From NCBI RefSeq assembly GCF_003918875.1, contig NW_025767040.1:1-64000 (forward strand): a stretch of 64,000 nt of DNA. Direction: 5' to 3'. The translations under genes were made by a program, and so were the position numbers. This document shows positions 27,063 to 40,500 of this stretch, piece by piece. Source of the DNA: Haliotis rubra. Lineage: Eukaryota. The notes beneath the pieces are model-generated. The model searched no databases and was not told the DNA's origin. It saw only the letters and a program-made list of their open reading frames with translations. How positions within the stretch are numbered: the first letter of the stretch is position 1; each line of letters opens with the position of its first letter.

Positions 27063-27701
27063 ACCATTTGTTTCTTTATATGAAGAGTTACCTCCGTGGT
27101 AGGCTACAGGACCAACAAAAGAACTTCAAAAGACAAGGCATAAATGCCTGACAGACAAGATGGATCAATTGCATCGACTTACAAGGCGATTATGTTGAGA
27201 AATAAATGGGGATTGCATCGATGCTCTGCCATAAATATTTTAGGCTCAAAACCTTTTGAAAGCCCCTTCTATGTCAACAATATCCGTAGTAGCAGTTACA
27301 ATAGGTATTTATCGCTCTGTGATTGACTAAAACATCTCTGTTTATTCATTCATAGTATCTCGTAGGCTGTTAAATCAGTTCGCTGTTATCCTTGGCGATG
27401 CCTGAAATTTGATGCATATCATACTTTGTGTACATTTTAGACATTGTTGTGATGTTGTGAATAATTTATGGCAAGTCTGTCCAACTCTGTTAGTTTTATA
27501 CTTGGGAATGTGTATAGTGACTCACATAGTGTGCATCGTGTATTACTGCCCACTCGGGTAGTGTATTCAGGTGTCGGGTGAATCGGGTGTATTATATTCA
27601 ATGGCATGCAAACTATTGCTCGTTGTATAATCGTGATCAGCGTATGTATTAACTGATGTTGATTAAAACTCTTTATCAAACTCTTGATATGTATGGGCAC
27701 T

Positions 27702-27868
27702 GGGGCGATGGGGTAGCTTAGTGGTTAAAGCGCTCGCTCGTCACTCCGAAGACCCTGGTTCGATTCCCCACATGGGTACAATGTGTGAAGCCCATATCTG
27801 GTGTCCCCCGCCGTGATATTGCTGGAATATTGCTAAAGGCGGCGTAAAACTAACCTCACTCACTCACT
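27702..27868 (+). mobile_element. tRNA-derived SINE family B
   Basis: A box tagcttagtgg, B box ggttcgattcc, tail gctggaatattgct...ggcgtaaaactaacctcactcactc. Many copies in the window. Confidence 0.9.
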
Positions 27869-27915
27869 TTAGAGGCACTAATTTGACTAGTCAATCTCTA
27901 ACAATTGGTTAGAAT

Positions 27916-28155
27916 GAGTGAGTGAGTGAGTTTAGTTTTACGTCGCACTCAGCAATATTCCAGCTATATGGCCGCGGTCTGTAAAAAATCGTGTCTGGAC
28001 CAGACAATGCAGTGATCAACAGCATGAACATCGACCTGCGCAATTTGGAACCGATGTCAACCAAGTCAGCGAGCCTGACCACCCGATCCCGTTAGTCGCC
28101 TCATACGACAAGCATGGGTTACTGAAGATCAGTTCTAACCCGGATCTTCACGGGT
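27916..28155 (-). mobile_element. SINE family A, full length
   Basis: Head ACCCGTGAAGATCCGGGTTAG at 28155 and (ACTC)n tail. Confidence 0.9.
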
Positions 28156-28239
28156 CCTCCGAAAAGATAACCTCACAATTGTACATACAAATATAAATTA
28201 CTGAGCGGGTCCCTCAAGGTACCTGTGTTCATACTGGTT

Positions 28240-30590
28240 GTGTATGAGCAGAGGCGAGATGCACACAGGAATCATCATGTGAAGTGCTACCAGTTACACT
28301 GTGTACTTGTAGTCAGTCTGTAACACTGATTGTCGTCCACCGTCCACCCGGAAAAGAAACTTTTTTCTTCACCACCTTTCCACAACTACTTGACAGTCTA
28401 GTCACATTTCCTGGCAAGTTACTTATGTGCGGCGATTTCAACCAGAGAATCTGACTGTAGGGAAGTTCAATAGTCTTCTTCACCACCTTTCAATCCTTAG
28501 CCTCATCACCAACTAGTTTGATCAGTCTAGTCTACACTTCCTGACATGATGGAGATAACCAATAGAACTTCAAAGATCAGTCAAATCTGAGGATTTCGCC
28601 GTTCTCTTGACAACACGAACATCACTGTTCCCAGACACCAGATACAAGAACTGCGTTCAGGCGATATCAACATCTTCAAACTTCAAACAAGATCTTAAAG
28701 TTGCATACTGGAAGGAATCAGAGCAAGTCCGCTGAACTGAGGAGTGCCAGTTTCGACTTCAGCTTACAGTAGTTGCATTACGGAATGTGTTGGACAAGCG
28801 CGCCAGATCAAGTTAACAAATCACAATACACCATACAGTGTCCTCATGGCTCACCTGTTTCAAAGCAGGCAACTGAAACTGGAAGCTCATAGTCAAGTTG
28901 ATTCAGCAAAGTCCGGGCTGAAGTCATGCTCCTCGATCCCGAGCCAACATGGTTTCAGAAGGAATGCCAGAGCAAGGACTACTCTAGGCTGATTCGACAA
29001 TTACAGCGTCCTGATCGCTCACCACACTGTCGGAAGTAGTCAAGTTGTCACTATCGAGCCAACATGGTTTCTGAAGAATGCCTGGACTGGTGCCATCGTC
29101 ACATGTCACTATCAGAAAGAAGCGCTGGTCTCTCCTCTCATTAAGAAAAGCCACCTTGACCCAGAGGTGTTGAAGAATTACAGGTCAGTGTCTAACTTGT
29201 CTTACCTCTCCAAACTCCTGTAGTGGGTTGTTTTGCCTCAAGACCCAAAGACCACATGGACTCCTATGCTTTGTTTGAGGTAATGCAGTCCGCTTACCGA
29301 CAGGGCCATAGCACCGAAACTGCATTGTGCGGGTGCAGAACGACTTACTGTGTTCCATAGATTCTACTGGTGGGGCCATTCTGGTATTGTTGGACCCATC
29401 TGCTGCGTTTGATACCGTGGATCACAACATCTAACTATCCCTGAAAAGAGGATATGTGTTACTGGACTTGCACTGAAATGGATCCAATCCTATTTGTCAG
29501 ACCGGCATCAATTTGTATGTATAAACGGCACAGTTTCACAAAAGGAACTACTTAGATTCGGAGTACCTCGGGGATCTGTCCTCGGAGCCATTCTCTTTGT
29601 TATCTATACGTCGCCACTACGTCGCCACTCGGAGATATAGCCCGGAAACATGATCTACAATTCCACCTGCAACCTGCAGACGATATCCAGCTCTACATTG
29701 GCTTCAAACCTCTGCAACCTACATCCCGGGACTCTGCTCGTGCTGCAATTGAAAATTGCATTGCAGATATCCAAGTATGGATGATTACTCACTTCCTTAA
29801 ATTAAACCAAGACAAAAAAGAAATGCTTGTTCAGTGTTCCCGTTCCACGCTGCGAAAACTGCCTCTCATGAAATTGGAAATAGCAGACTGTTCCGTGCAA
29901 CCATGTGAACATGCTCGAAACCTAGGAGTCGTCTTCGACACAACCATGAGCCTTGAGAAGCACGTGAACAACATGGGCAAAAGTGGCTATCATCACATCC
30001 GCAATATTTGACTGATAAGGAAATACATCCCCAGGAAAACGGCAGCAACACTGATTCAAGCATATGTTACATCTCGACTAGATTATTGCAATGCTCTGCT
30101 TCACGGACTTCCAGAACACCTCCTGATGAAGTTACAGAAGGTCCAGAACTCAGCTGCGAGAGTCGTGACACGAACTAAGAAGTCAGAATACATCACTCCT
30201 GTTTTGATGGCATTACATTGCCTGCCAATCAAAGAACATATCCAGTACAAAATGTTTGCATTGATGTCAAATCCTTGCACGGAAAAGCGCCAGTATACCT
30301 ATCTGACCTTGTGCATGAATATTAGCCGCCAAGGAACCTTAGATCATCAACACAACAAATGTCAAAGTCAGTTGTTGGTCGGACAAAGACATTCGGAGAC
30401 AGGTCTTTTCAATCTGGTGGTCCATCTTTATGGAACAAACTACCACTGTCTCTACGATCTGAAGAGCAACTGAGTACTTTCAAATCCAAATTAAAGACCC
30501 ATTTATTTTCGGCAGCCACACCCAACAGCGCTTTTGACCAACCTTCCGAAGGATGGATATTAGCGCTATACAAATGTATATATTGAAAAA
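28240..30590 (+). mobile_element. L2-clade LINE, degraded ORF2
   Basis: Endonuclease remnant CGDFN, AFDTVDH, GVP.GSVLG, FLKLNQDK, ARNLGVVFD, KLQKVQNSAARVV, FGDRSF..GPSLWNKLP...FKSKLKTHLF, and tail gcgctatacaaat. Confidence 0.9.
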
Positions 30591-31154
30591 TGTATATATT
30601 GATATTGCACATGTTTTCTGAAATACTCGACAATGTAAAATCAGTATTGAACTTCGAAGATGGTCAGCGAACCACTACAAATTAAAGTAATATCTATCAG
30701 GGGGTAAATAATTCGTGGGAGTGTCCAGTTGCTATCAACGTATAGTCATACAATTTCACCGTATCTATGATGTTTTGAATCGAGTCTTGAGAAGATAAAT
30801 TATATGGCTAAACGACCATAATGTTCCTATGGGACTCCTTCCCAGTTTTGTGTTTACTAGGATCTGAAATATTTACAAAGTTTAAATTTTGGAAAATTTA
30901 CTGACAGTTAATTTCACAAACGACTCGGGTAGTTAAATGGAATGTGGGAATGATACTGGTCAATAATTAAGTTCGATGAAATATAATGATAAGAAAACTA
31001 AAATGAAAAACTAACACAACTCAATGAAGAGAAACACCATTCCGATAAATCTTAATCAAAGAAGTTTATAAAAGATATGAGTACATTCTTATAATATATA
31101 GAATACTGAGTTAAATTCGTATCGTTCATATAGCGTTTATTTTCAGTAAAGTGT

Positions 31155-31276
31155 GAGTGAGTGTGTTTAGTTTGACGCCAGAAATGGGTTTCACACATTG
31201 TACCCACGTGGGAATCGAACCCGGGTCTTCGATGTGACGAGCGAAGGCTTTAACCACTAGGCTACCCTACCGCCCA
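31155..31276 (-). mobile_element. SINE family B, internally deleted
   Basis: Reverse-complement A and B boxes (ggaatcgaacc, ccactaggctac) and tail. Confidence 0.8.
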
Positions 31277-31584
31277 TTTTAGGAAAGACGTCCGCTTCCG
31301 AAACTGTTACTGAGTTCATATGCTGAACTTGTTTATGTTGGATGCTGCTACAGCTACGTTATCAATCTTTGAACCGCTGTAATCTCTTCAATCCTTATCA
31401 ATGAGCTAGATACAGTGTGTCCTGTATGTGAACTGATAGGGCAATAGCAACCAGATAAAAACGAACACGTCATGCGACACTGGTCTTTCGCAAGAATGTC
31501 CTCACACACTCCGATGATAGCGACATAGCGTCAGTGTATATAGAGCACATGTAAACCATGCAGCCTCATGCAATTGTGGATGAG

Positions 31585-34500
31585 ATGTTTACCAAGCGGC
31601 TTCTTCTGGGCACATTGCTGTGCCTGGTGCTGGGATTTCAAGATGCGGGTATGTACCAATGAATGTCTCTACTTTTGCCTTTCTTTGTAAGGAGATTGTG
31701 CCAGTTCTTTTTTCATTTGCTTTGATTGAAAAACAATATATTTGCTTACAAACTGTATTCTTAGGTGCAAACTGCAAATATATTCATGACATATTGAACG
31801 TCATTAGCATTAATTTGGCTGATGCTAGGATAGTATCATCGCTTATAGTTGTATTATATACAACATTTAAAACGCAGTTAGAACAGTTAGGAAACATAAC
31901 GCCACTGCACATACTTCAGCGTAGATCAATGCTCATGCTGTTGATCACTGGATTGTGCCATCCAAACTTGATTATTTACAGACCCCCGCCATGTAGTTGG
32001 AATATTGCTAAACTATAAACTAAACTCACACGCTCCTATGTATTCCTTTCTAGCAATGTGGAACAGTGAGAAAATCAAGGGAGATACGTTTTATCCTTGT
32101 CTTACACCAATACAAAAAGGGAATACTGAGATCTTAGTGTTATATACTATGCAGTATGTAATACATTTATACATATTAATGATTACTTTGAGGCATTTTC
32201 CATATATTCCATATGTATTATGTTTTGGTGACCCTCTCTTGATTATCTCTAACTCCAACTCCACTTTATATCACCGTTCCCTATCTGTGCGTCATCAGCA
32301 TAACAATGTTCACCACCTGACTACCCGTGAAGGTCCGCGTTAGAATATTGACCTTTAGTAACCTATGCTTGCCGTAAGAGGCGACTAACGGGATCGGGTG
32401 GTCAGGTTCGCTGACTTGGTTGACACATGTCATCGGTTCCCAATTCCGCAGATCGATGCTCATGCTGTTGATCACTGTATTGTCTGGTCCAGACTCGATT
32501 ATTTACAGACCGCCGCTTTAAAGCTGGAATATTGCTGAGTGCGGCGTAAAACTAAACTCACTCTCTTACCACTTGACTGTTTGTAGTTACGTCCAGAACT
32601 CGGAGTATCAGTTTACTCTTACCGTTACATTTGCAGTGTCATAAAATTAGAAATTGCATTTCATATGAACTATTGATTTGTATTTACAAAGGACACACAC
32701 AAGCAATATTTGTTTTGGTTTTGAACAGTATACTGNNNNNNNNNNNNNNNNNNNNNNNNNNNNNNNNNNNNNNNNNNNNNNNNNNNNNNNNNNNNNNNNN
32801 NNNNNNNNNNNNNNNNNNNNNNNNNNNNNNNNNNNNNNNNNNNNNNNNNNNNNNNNNNNNNNNNNNNNNNNNNNNNNNNNNNNNNNNNTAATTTTAAGCC
32901 TAATCTCTAAAAATACTTACGTTTAGTAAGCACATTAAAAAGGAGCCCCAATGTGATGTGAGATTCCTGAACCTGAGGAAATCTAGCCATTTTTTAGTAT
33001 ATTTTATTTTATTTTGATTTTTTTTGATTTTTGTATTCCATTTCAAGTCTCACATAAAATACATATGCCAAAGAGGACAACATCCAAATATATATGTATA
33101 TAGCTTCAGTGATGTTTTGCAAGGTTATATATGACATAAAAGACAGTATTGCATATATATACACACACGCACACCCATATACATATATACACATGCATAT
33201 ATACATATACATACATATGCACATACATACACGCATGTATACATATATATAAATATAACATCGTGAGATTACAACAATTATATAGATACATAAGATGTCA
33301 TTAAAGCTTCTGTGGAGGGAATATGAAATTGGAGGGGTAAGGTTGAATAGTATGGTTGTAGTGAGTGGGGTCTGGAAGTCTCAGCTGATATTATATGTAG
33401 AATTTAATGTTTAGCACATAGTAAGGTATATCAATGTTTCCATTTCCTTATAAAGGGGTCTAAGCTATTGTTTTTCCCAGCTATATATTTTTCAGTTGTA
33501 TATATATCTTTTAATAACTTAAGAAATCCCTCAAGGGAAAGTGTTTGTTGTTTTATACTTGAAACATAAATTAATCTTTTGGCAAGAAGTATAATATGGT
33601 TTAGTATTTTATTGTTTGAGAACATTCCAAACATGATAGTGAATTTTGTAAATGTGACATCACACTGGAGGTGGGCATTTAGAAATTGTTCTACATTTCG
33701 CCAAACGTTTTTAACTGAATCACAGTAAAAAAATACATGCAATATGTCTTCTGAGGTATTTTTACAAAAAGTACAAGTATCATTATTAACTAGCTTCATC
33801 TTCAATAATTCTGTCTTTGTATAGATTATTCTGTAAATAAATCTGTACCGATAATCTAACAGCTTACAATCATTTGTGCATTTCCTGTAATATCTGAATA
33901 CATTACTCCATATTATATCCTGCTGAAAGACAGTTTTCCAATACTCTAGTACTTTAGGGGTATCGTTGTTCTTAATCAATTAATCATAGAATATCCTTGA
34001 ACCTGTAATATTTGAGATCATATCTAGGTAAACTCTATTAATGTTTAATTGATTTAGCAGAGAGTTCATTGGAATGTTATTTAACAAATGATGATAGTCT
34101 AAGAAGGTTCCGCTTATTTTGTACCTCTGTTTTACATCTTCAAAACTGAGAAATCCATTTTCATTACAAATATCGCTGACATAATGTATACCGCACTTAA
34201 ACCAATTTCTTATCATGTAAGAAGATTTAAAGAAATGATTTAACCAGAGTGGCTGAGCTAAGATTTGGTCTAAGTCATCGCTGTCAAAGCAGTGTTTTTT
34301 ATAAAATATTCTCCAAGCAGATAAAACATCTCTCCAATAGGGATTATCTTTGCCAGATAAGCAATCAACAGCATTAGAACCTAGAAAGTACAGTTGACTT
34401 AAGGGGAAAATGCTATTACAATTTGAAGTTTTCTTTAAGTGACATTTCAGTGATGATAATTTCGAATCGTTAATGAAACATTCAATGTCAATCATTCTGA

Positions 34501-37500
34501 GGCCTCCATCTTCGTAAGTTCTACTGATATTAGACCTTTTAATCTTATCATTTTTATTATTCCATATGAATCTATAGATTATTTTATTGAGTTCATCGAT
34601 CAATGTTTTTGGCGGGTTAGAAAGTGCTGAGAAAATATGTACTAGAGTAGAAATTGCTAGAGTTTTGATAACAGTGATTTTCCCGAGTAGAGTCAAGTTT
34701 CTTCTTCGCCAACTAGCAAGTAATCTATTAATATATTCTAGGCGTTTTCTTGTGTTAATTACCCAAAGGTCTTTAAGAGAAGCATTAAGTGATATTCCTA
34801 AGATTTCAAAGTCTCCACTGTGCCAGTCAAGATAAAAGTCATTGGCTAAAGTTATATTACTACCTGTCATTGAGCCTATCCAGATAGCTTTTGTCTTGTT
34901 TATGTTCATTTTGAGTCAAGACATTTGATAGAATTTATTCAGTGTTTCAATTGCAACATTGAGACTTTTGCGCTTAGGTTAAGGGCTTGGTCAACAGGAA
35001 ATAATATACAGTACAACCAGAAACTATTGAGAATTTAAGATTGTATCAAATGTGAATATTAGCAGAACATAACTCCAGATTCAAAGACAGGTGAACAGTT
35101 AGTAATTTGTCAAGTCACCATGGGCAGCAATGCAGGCTTCAATGCGGCGGGCATACTACTGATCAAAGAAGTTAGAAAGTCGTGGTCCATGCTGTTACAA
35201 TATCGGACCACCTCTTCCTTCATTTCAGCAATATTTGTCAGATTTTTCTTTTTGACACTTTCCTTCGTAAGTCCCTAAACTTTTTTTAATGGATTTAGGT
35301 CAGGGCTGTAGCTTGGCCAATCTAATCATATTTTGGGTGCGAAACCAGGCATGTAAATGCTTTGAACGATGTTTTGGGTCGTTGTCGTGACACGTGAGCA
35401 GACGGAAGTAAATGTCCCTCGAGAATATCTGTGTACCGCTTACTGTTCATATTCCCTTTAAATACACAGAGGGGCGTTGCCCCTAACACAGATATGCCAA
35501 CCCACACGTTAAATTTCGGGCTGTACTTTGGGCGCTGATACAAAGGTTTTTCAGTTTGTTTGGTCCAGAATATCAGTGTAATAGGAAACAGCTACACAGA
35601 ACTTTCATCTGAGAAAATCACATTGTCCCAGTTAAAATCTCTATGCTGTAAGCATCAGTTCAACATTCGCTCCTTTTGTTCAGGTTTCATGATCGGTGAT
35701 GGAATTCCTAGACTCTTCTGCTAACCCATTGCATGCGGCTCAGTTCTAATTGTCTCCTTACAGACAGCCACAGTTCATCTATCAATCATATCCAGTCTTA
35801 AGCTTTCTAAACGCTTTTGTTTGTTTTTAGAAACAAGAATACCAAGCCGCCTCCTGTCACCGACAGTCAATTTTCTGGGCCTATCTGCGCCTCCCTGGTG
35901 CTCAATGCCATATCCATTTGCAATATTTTTTCAAAACACGATAAACAGCGGACAAGGGGATGCCTGTTCTACTTGAAATCACTTTAACTGATCTGATGTC
36001 CTTGTTATAATACTCTAAAATCAAATTCCTCTTCTCTAAATCATCAATACTGAGGTTCACTGAAAATGTCGTCTGCTAGCAAGTAAACAAATGGGGATAA
36101 CTCTTCACAAACTAATGAAAAAGGATTAACGGAGTTGTCTCTCTTGAATGAAACCAAGTACTTGATAGCTGGTCAAGGTTGTTTATACTAGAAATCCAAT
36201 TACACATTTTCCTAAAATTCTCAATAATTTCTGGTCATACTATAGTTCAGTGACTATGAGAAAGGCTATGACTTTCATCCATAAGGCCCCATATGCATAC
36301 ATTAACTTTTGTACAAAAAACACAGAGAAAATATCCAGTATGGTTTATATAAACTACTATCACGTTTCATGCTGTCCAAAATTAAGCAAATATGAAATGT
36401 TTTTTCTTAGTGATGTATTTGTTACATGTATCATTTGACTTTACGACATTACGTTTGTATGTTTTAGCAACAGTTTTCATAAAAGTAACATTTAATAATG
36501 TTTTTAATGTTTTGTTCATAGCACGTTTTAAAGTATAAATTTCTTTGCCTGTCAAAATATATCAGCAGTTAACATACACACATTTATGTATTTATTTATT
36601 TATAGCGCCAATATCCAGATCACCGCTCAAAGGCGCTTTGTTATTCCCTCGATCATTGGATGTCAGTCTCAAACGGCACATATGTGAGGCTTTTCATGAA
36701 AATTTTGTTCACATCAAAGATTGTGTTAATTAACACGTGTTTTCTTTACCAGCTGCCTGCAATGAGACTCTTCAGGCAGAAATCTATGAGAAGACTCTTG
36801 AATCTGATGGATACCCAACTGGTTATGGAAGGTACAAACAAAATTAACAATAATCAACATCAGATTCCATCANNNNNNNNNNNNNNNNNNNNNNNNNNNN
36901 NNNNNNNNNNNNNNNNNNNNNNNNNNNNNNNNNNNNNNNNNNNNNNNNNNNNNNNNNNNNNNNNNNNNNNNNNNNNNNNNNNNNNNNNNNNNNNNNNNNN
37001 NNNNNNNNNNNNNNNNNNNNNNNNNNNNNNNNNNNNNNNNNNNNNNNNNNNNNNNNNNNATTGTAGCCATTTGGGATGATAGGATAAGACCATTGAGTAA
37101 TGTCATTTTAAATGAATCATACCTATTTTTTAGCCATTTGGACTGATGACTGATGAAGGATACGACCATTGAGTACATGTCATTTTACACCAGAAATGGG
37201 ATCCATGCTTTACGTTCCGGACAGCATTTCCATTTCCTTATTCTCCGTCTATTTAAAATTGGAAGACAAGTGGATCGGGCACAAGTTGTGAAACAAATAT
37301 AATTCTCCATTGTACACCCGTTTCATTATGTGAGCAGTATTATGGGGCAGAAAAATGAAGGAATGGGGAAACAGTATGCAAATAGAGCCTCATACAGTCG
37401 AGCACCGTTGTGTCGAACTATGATAACTCGATATCTCGGTTGTCTCGATATCTCGGTTGTATTTGAAAATTATGCGTCAAGATAACAGTAAACAATTCGG

Positions 37501-40500
37501 GTGACAGTCAATAATTGACTAGCCTTTACCTGTATTTGTGACGGATGATGCAGTTGGGGCAAAATACGCTTGCCTATTACGGACGACTGGTGTCACTTAG
37601 GTATATTTTAACAAAATCTCTTGCCCGCTGAGACACCACATATAACATTGTGTCAGTGTTTGGGTCCCTAGAAGCGTTTCATTGCTAACACATTACGTAC
37701 TTACTTAGTAATACGTATTTATTTATTGAGTATTCGGGAGTAACAAACTTCATCGGAGTCCTCGCTCTGTTTCAGTAATGTCAACTGCTGGTGGAGAATA
37801 GAGACACCCAGTTATGGGGATCACGTCGTGGTATCCATCATGGATGCTGACATAGAAGTGTCATCTAACTGTAATGCTGACAGTCTGACGATTTATAACG
37901 GTAACATTTATAATTGTTCAATTTTCAAGACAAACTGAGTATCAATCTATGTAATAGGGATACAATGACATCCATCAATTAGATCAGCGAGCTAAACATC
38001 CGATCCCTTTAATCGCGTTTCACTTGATATACTGTCAACAACATGGAACTTGTCTGAACTCAAATACCACCCACAAATGTGTACAGGCAGTAGAGGCACC
38101 TAAAACCATGTGTATCTTTCTTTAAGGGAGAAGCGATGTATATCGTCTCGATTATTTACTAATCTATTGTGCTGCTTAAGCACAGATGTTCTCATAATGC
38201 TAATTTTCTAATAAAGGTCTAAAGTATAAACTACATAAGCATGGGAAAAATATACAATTGCTTGTTTACTTTTCAGGGAACAGTCGATCCAGTGACGTGC
38301 TTACAACCTTCTGCGGAACCGGAAATGAACAGTTTATCAGCAATGGAACATCTCTGTTTATAGAATTCAAGACAAATAACCTCATCAACAGGAAGGGATT
38401 TCAACTTAGATATTACGGTGCAAAAAGTAAGATGCACAACTCGTTTTATTATTCAACTTTCATTTTCATTACTTTCTACTCAAACTATTGTTGCTATTGT
38501 ATTTAGAGCTCATTTGGAGCTCATTTGTGTGTTAATTCGCTGATACGAAACTTAGGGGTCACTTTATTACAAGCGACACGCTTATTGAAGAATTACACGA
38601 CTTATATTGCCCCCCGGTGACATGGCGTGCTACAACTTCTAAACTACAACTCGTGAAGATCCGGGTTAGAATTGATCTTCAGTAAACCATGCTTGTCGTA
38701 AGACGATGGTCACACTCGCTAACTGGTTCACACATGTATTCCAATTGCATAGGTCGATTCTCATGCTGTTAATCACTAGATTGTCTGGTCCAGACTCGAT
38801 TATTGACAGGCCGCCGCCATATAGCTGAGTGTGGCGTAAAACTAAACTCACTCTCTCACTCTAAATTACATGTTTTGTTCCAGATGTAACTGATTGTGGA
38901 GGTCCGCTCACGGCCACAGCGACTGAGAAAACCCTTAAGTCACCTTCTGTGAAACATATCAGGTACGTTACCGACTGACATATGCAAGTGATCATGTGTT
39001 TTTATAAAATGTGTATCTTAAGTTCAGTAAGTGTATCACCAAAGTAATACATCTTCAAGATACGTCAGCTGACGCAAATTAAACAAATGAAAGGCGTAAT
39101 GAAAACCAACTCCTCACTCACTAACTCTGGATTGACTGTTCGTAGGTCTAAAATACCATCCAGCTTGGGTGAAAAAGCAGTTTCTGTATTTCATGATGAG
39201 CATGGTAATTTCAGTATTTGTGATACTAATAATATTCAGTAATTTCCTCTACAACATGTATCGGTATCAGTAATACTTATTTTTTTACAATATTGGGTAT
39301 CAAGGTGTGTACGTATCTGATTAAATGTATCTAGGACAAATGCCATCCGGACAAAAACACCTCGACAAATGCCACCCGGACAAAAGCCACATGGGACAAA
39401 TGTCACCTAGGACAAATGCCACCCAGACAAATGCCACTTAGGACAAATGTCACCCAAATGAAAATAAAAACCACCAACACAATATCATGTTTCCCTGATG
39501 TGTATGCATGATAATGTACGATAATGTATTTTTAGCTATCTAATGTGTGACTGGGTAATCACAGCCCAAACCAGTGATGAAACAATCGTCCTAGAGTCGG
39601 ATATTTACATTCATGAAAGCCCGGATTGCTGGGCCGACAGGGTGTCCCTCTATAACGGACAGGTTGCTACCGGTAAGTTCCCCATTATTGAAACGATTGA
39701 CAACAAAATTATTGGCGAAGCTAATTACATAATTCTATATGAAAAGTGTAAATATTAAGAATCGTATAATGTATCGTTTTATGTTAACTTCTAAATACTG
39801 AAACTTCAATCTTTTTAGGCAATTACATATTTTGTGACTACTATCCTATCCTATAATGTGTCCGCTTTTTAGAATTATATAAGATAATCCAGTCATTGCG
39901 ACCGTCTCGATGAACATGCAGTGTACCAACTCGCCGTTCCTTCAGGCATCGGTGGTATCGATACGATGACATGCATCGACCAAAATACCTTTATCTACCA
40001 AAACCGTCTATCACCCAATCTTCAAATTTAGAACCACTTACCACAACTAACCAGTTGAAAAGGGAGGAACGTTTGTGCAATTTATGTAGTTCCACGGCAA
40101 ACTTCTTTGAGTGGCATGTTTATCCACGGCGGTTGGTGACGAGTCTCACTACATTTTCAGGTGTGAAGCTTTTCTCCAGTTACGAATGGCCTAATGTGCA
40201 TAAGATGATAAGATGTTTATCCTAGAGTACTAGAGTAAAACATGTCTAAATTCGACATCAATGCCTTCTTTAGAATAGTCCCAGCTATTTGAGACTCATG
40301 TTAAGGTAATTCTGTAACGATTCATTGAAACTCTCACTCACTATTTGCATTTACCAATGCCCTTGTCATCTTGATTATATCGTTATATGTGGATTTATAG
40401 TGTACTTTTTCTCATGCACCACCGTTGGTGGGTTCTTCTGAGACTAAGAAACTGTGTATATGTGAATAAATGTGGACGGGATTTTAGCGCTGTAATATAT

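Larger units (their letters stand above)
20107..27066. repeat. Tandem segmental duplication (20107-23774 and 23779-27066)
   Basis: Both copies start tgtcttatcgttcttcatactcac and end ggcaccaagtgactacca. Copy 2 lacks ~21218-21583. Scattered substitutions and indels separate them. Confidence 0.95.

Noticed and set aside
27702-27775. tRNA gene (also 48788 and 60716)
   Set aside because: The A and B boxes continue into SINE bodies and tails with TSDs; these are SINE heads.
32631-32926. ORFs spanning N runs (also 36660-37178)
   Set aside because: Open only because of the assembly gaps.
37393-37460. Pogo/Tigger-like terminus tacagtcgagcacc
   Set aside because: No matching second terminus found.
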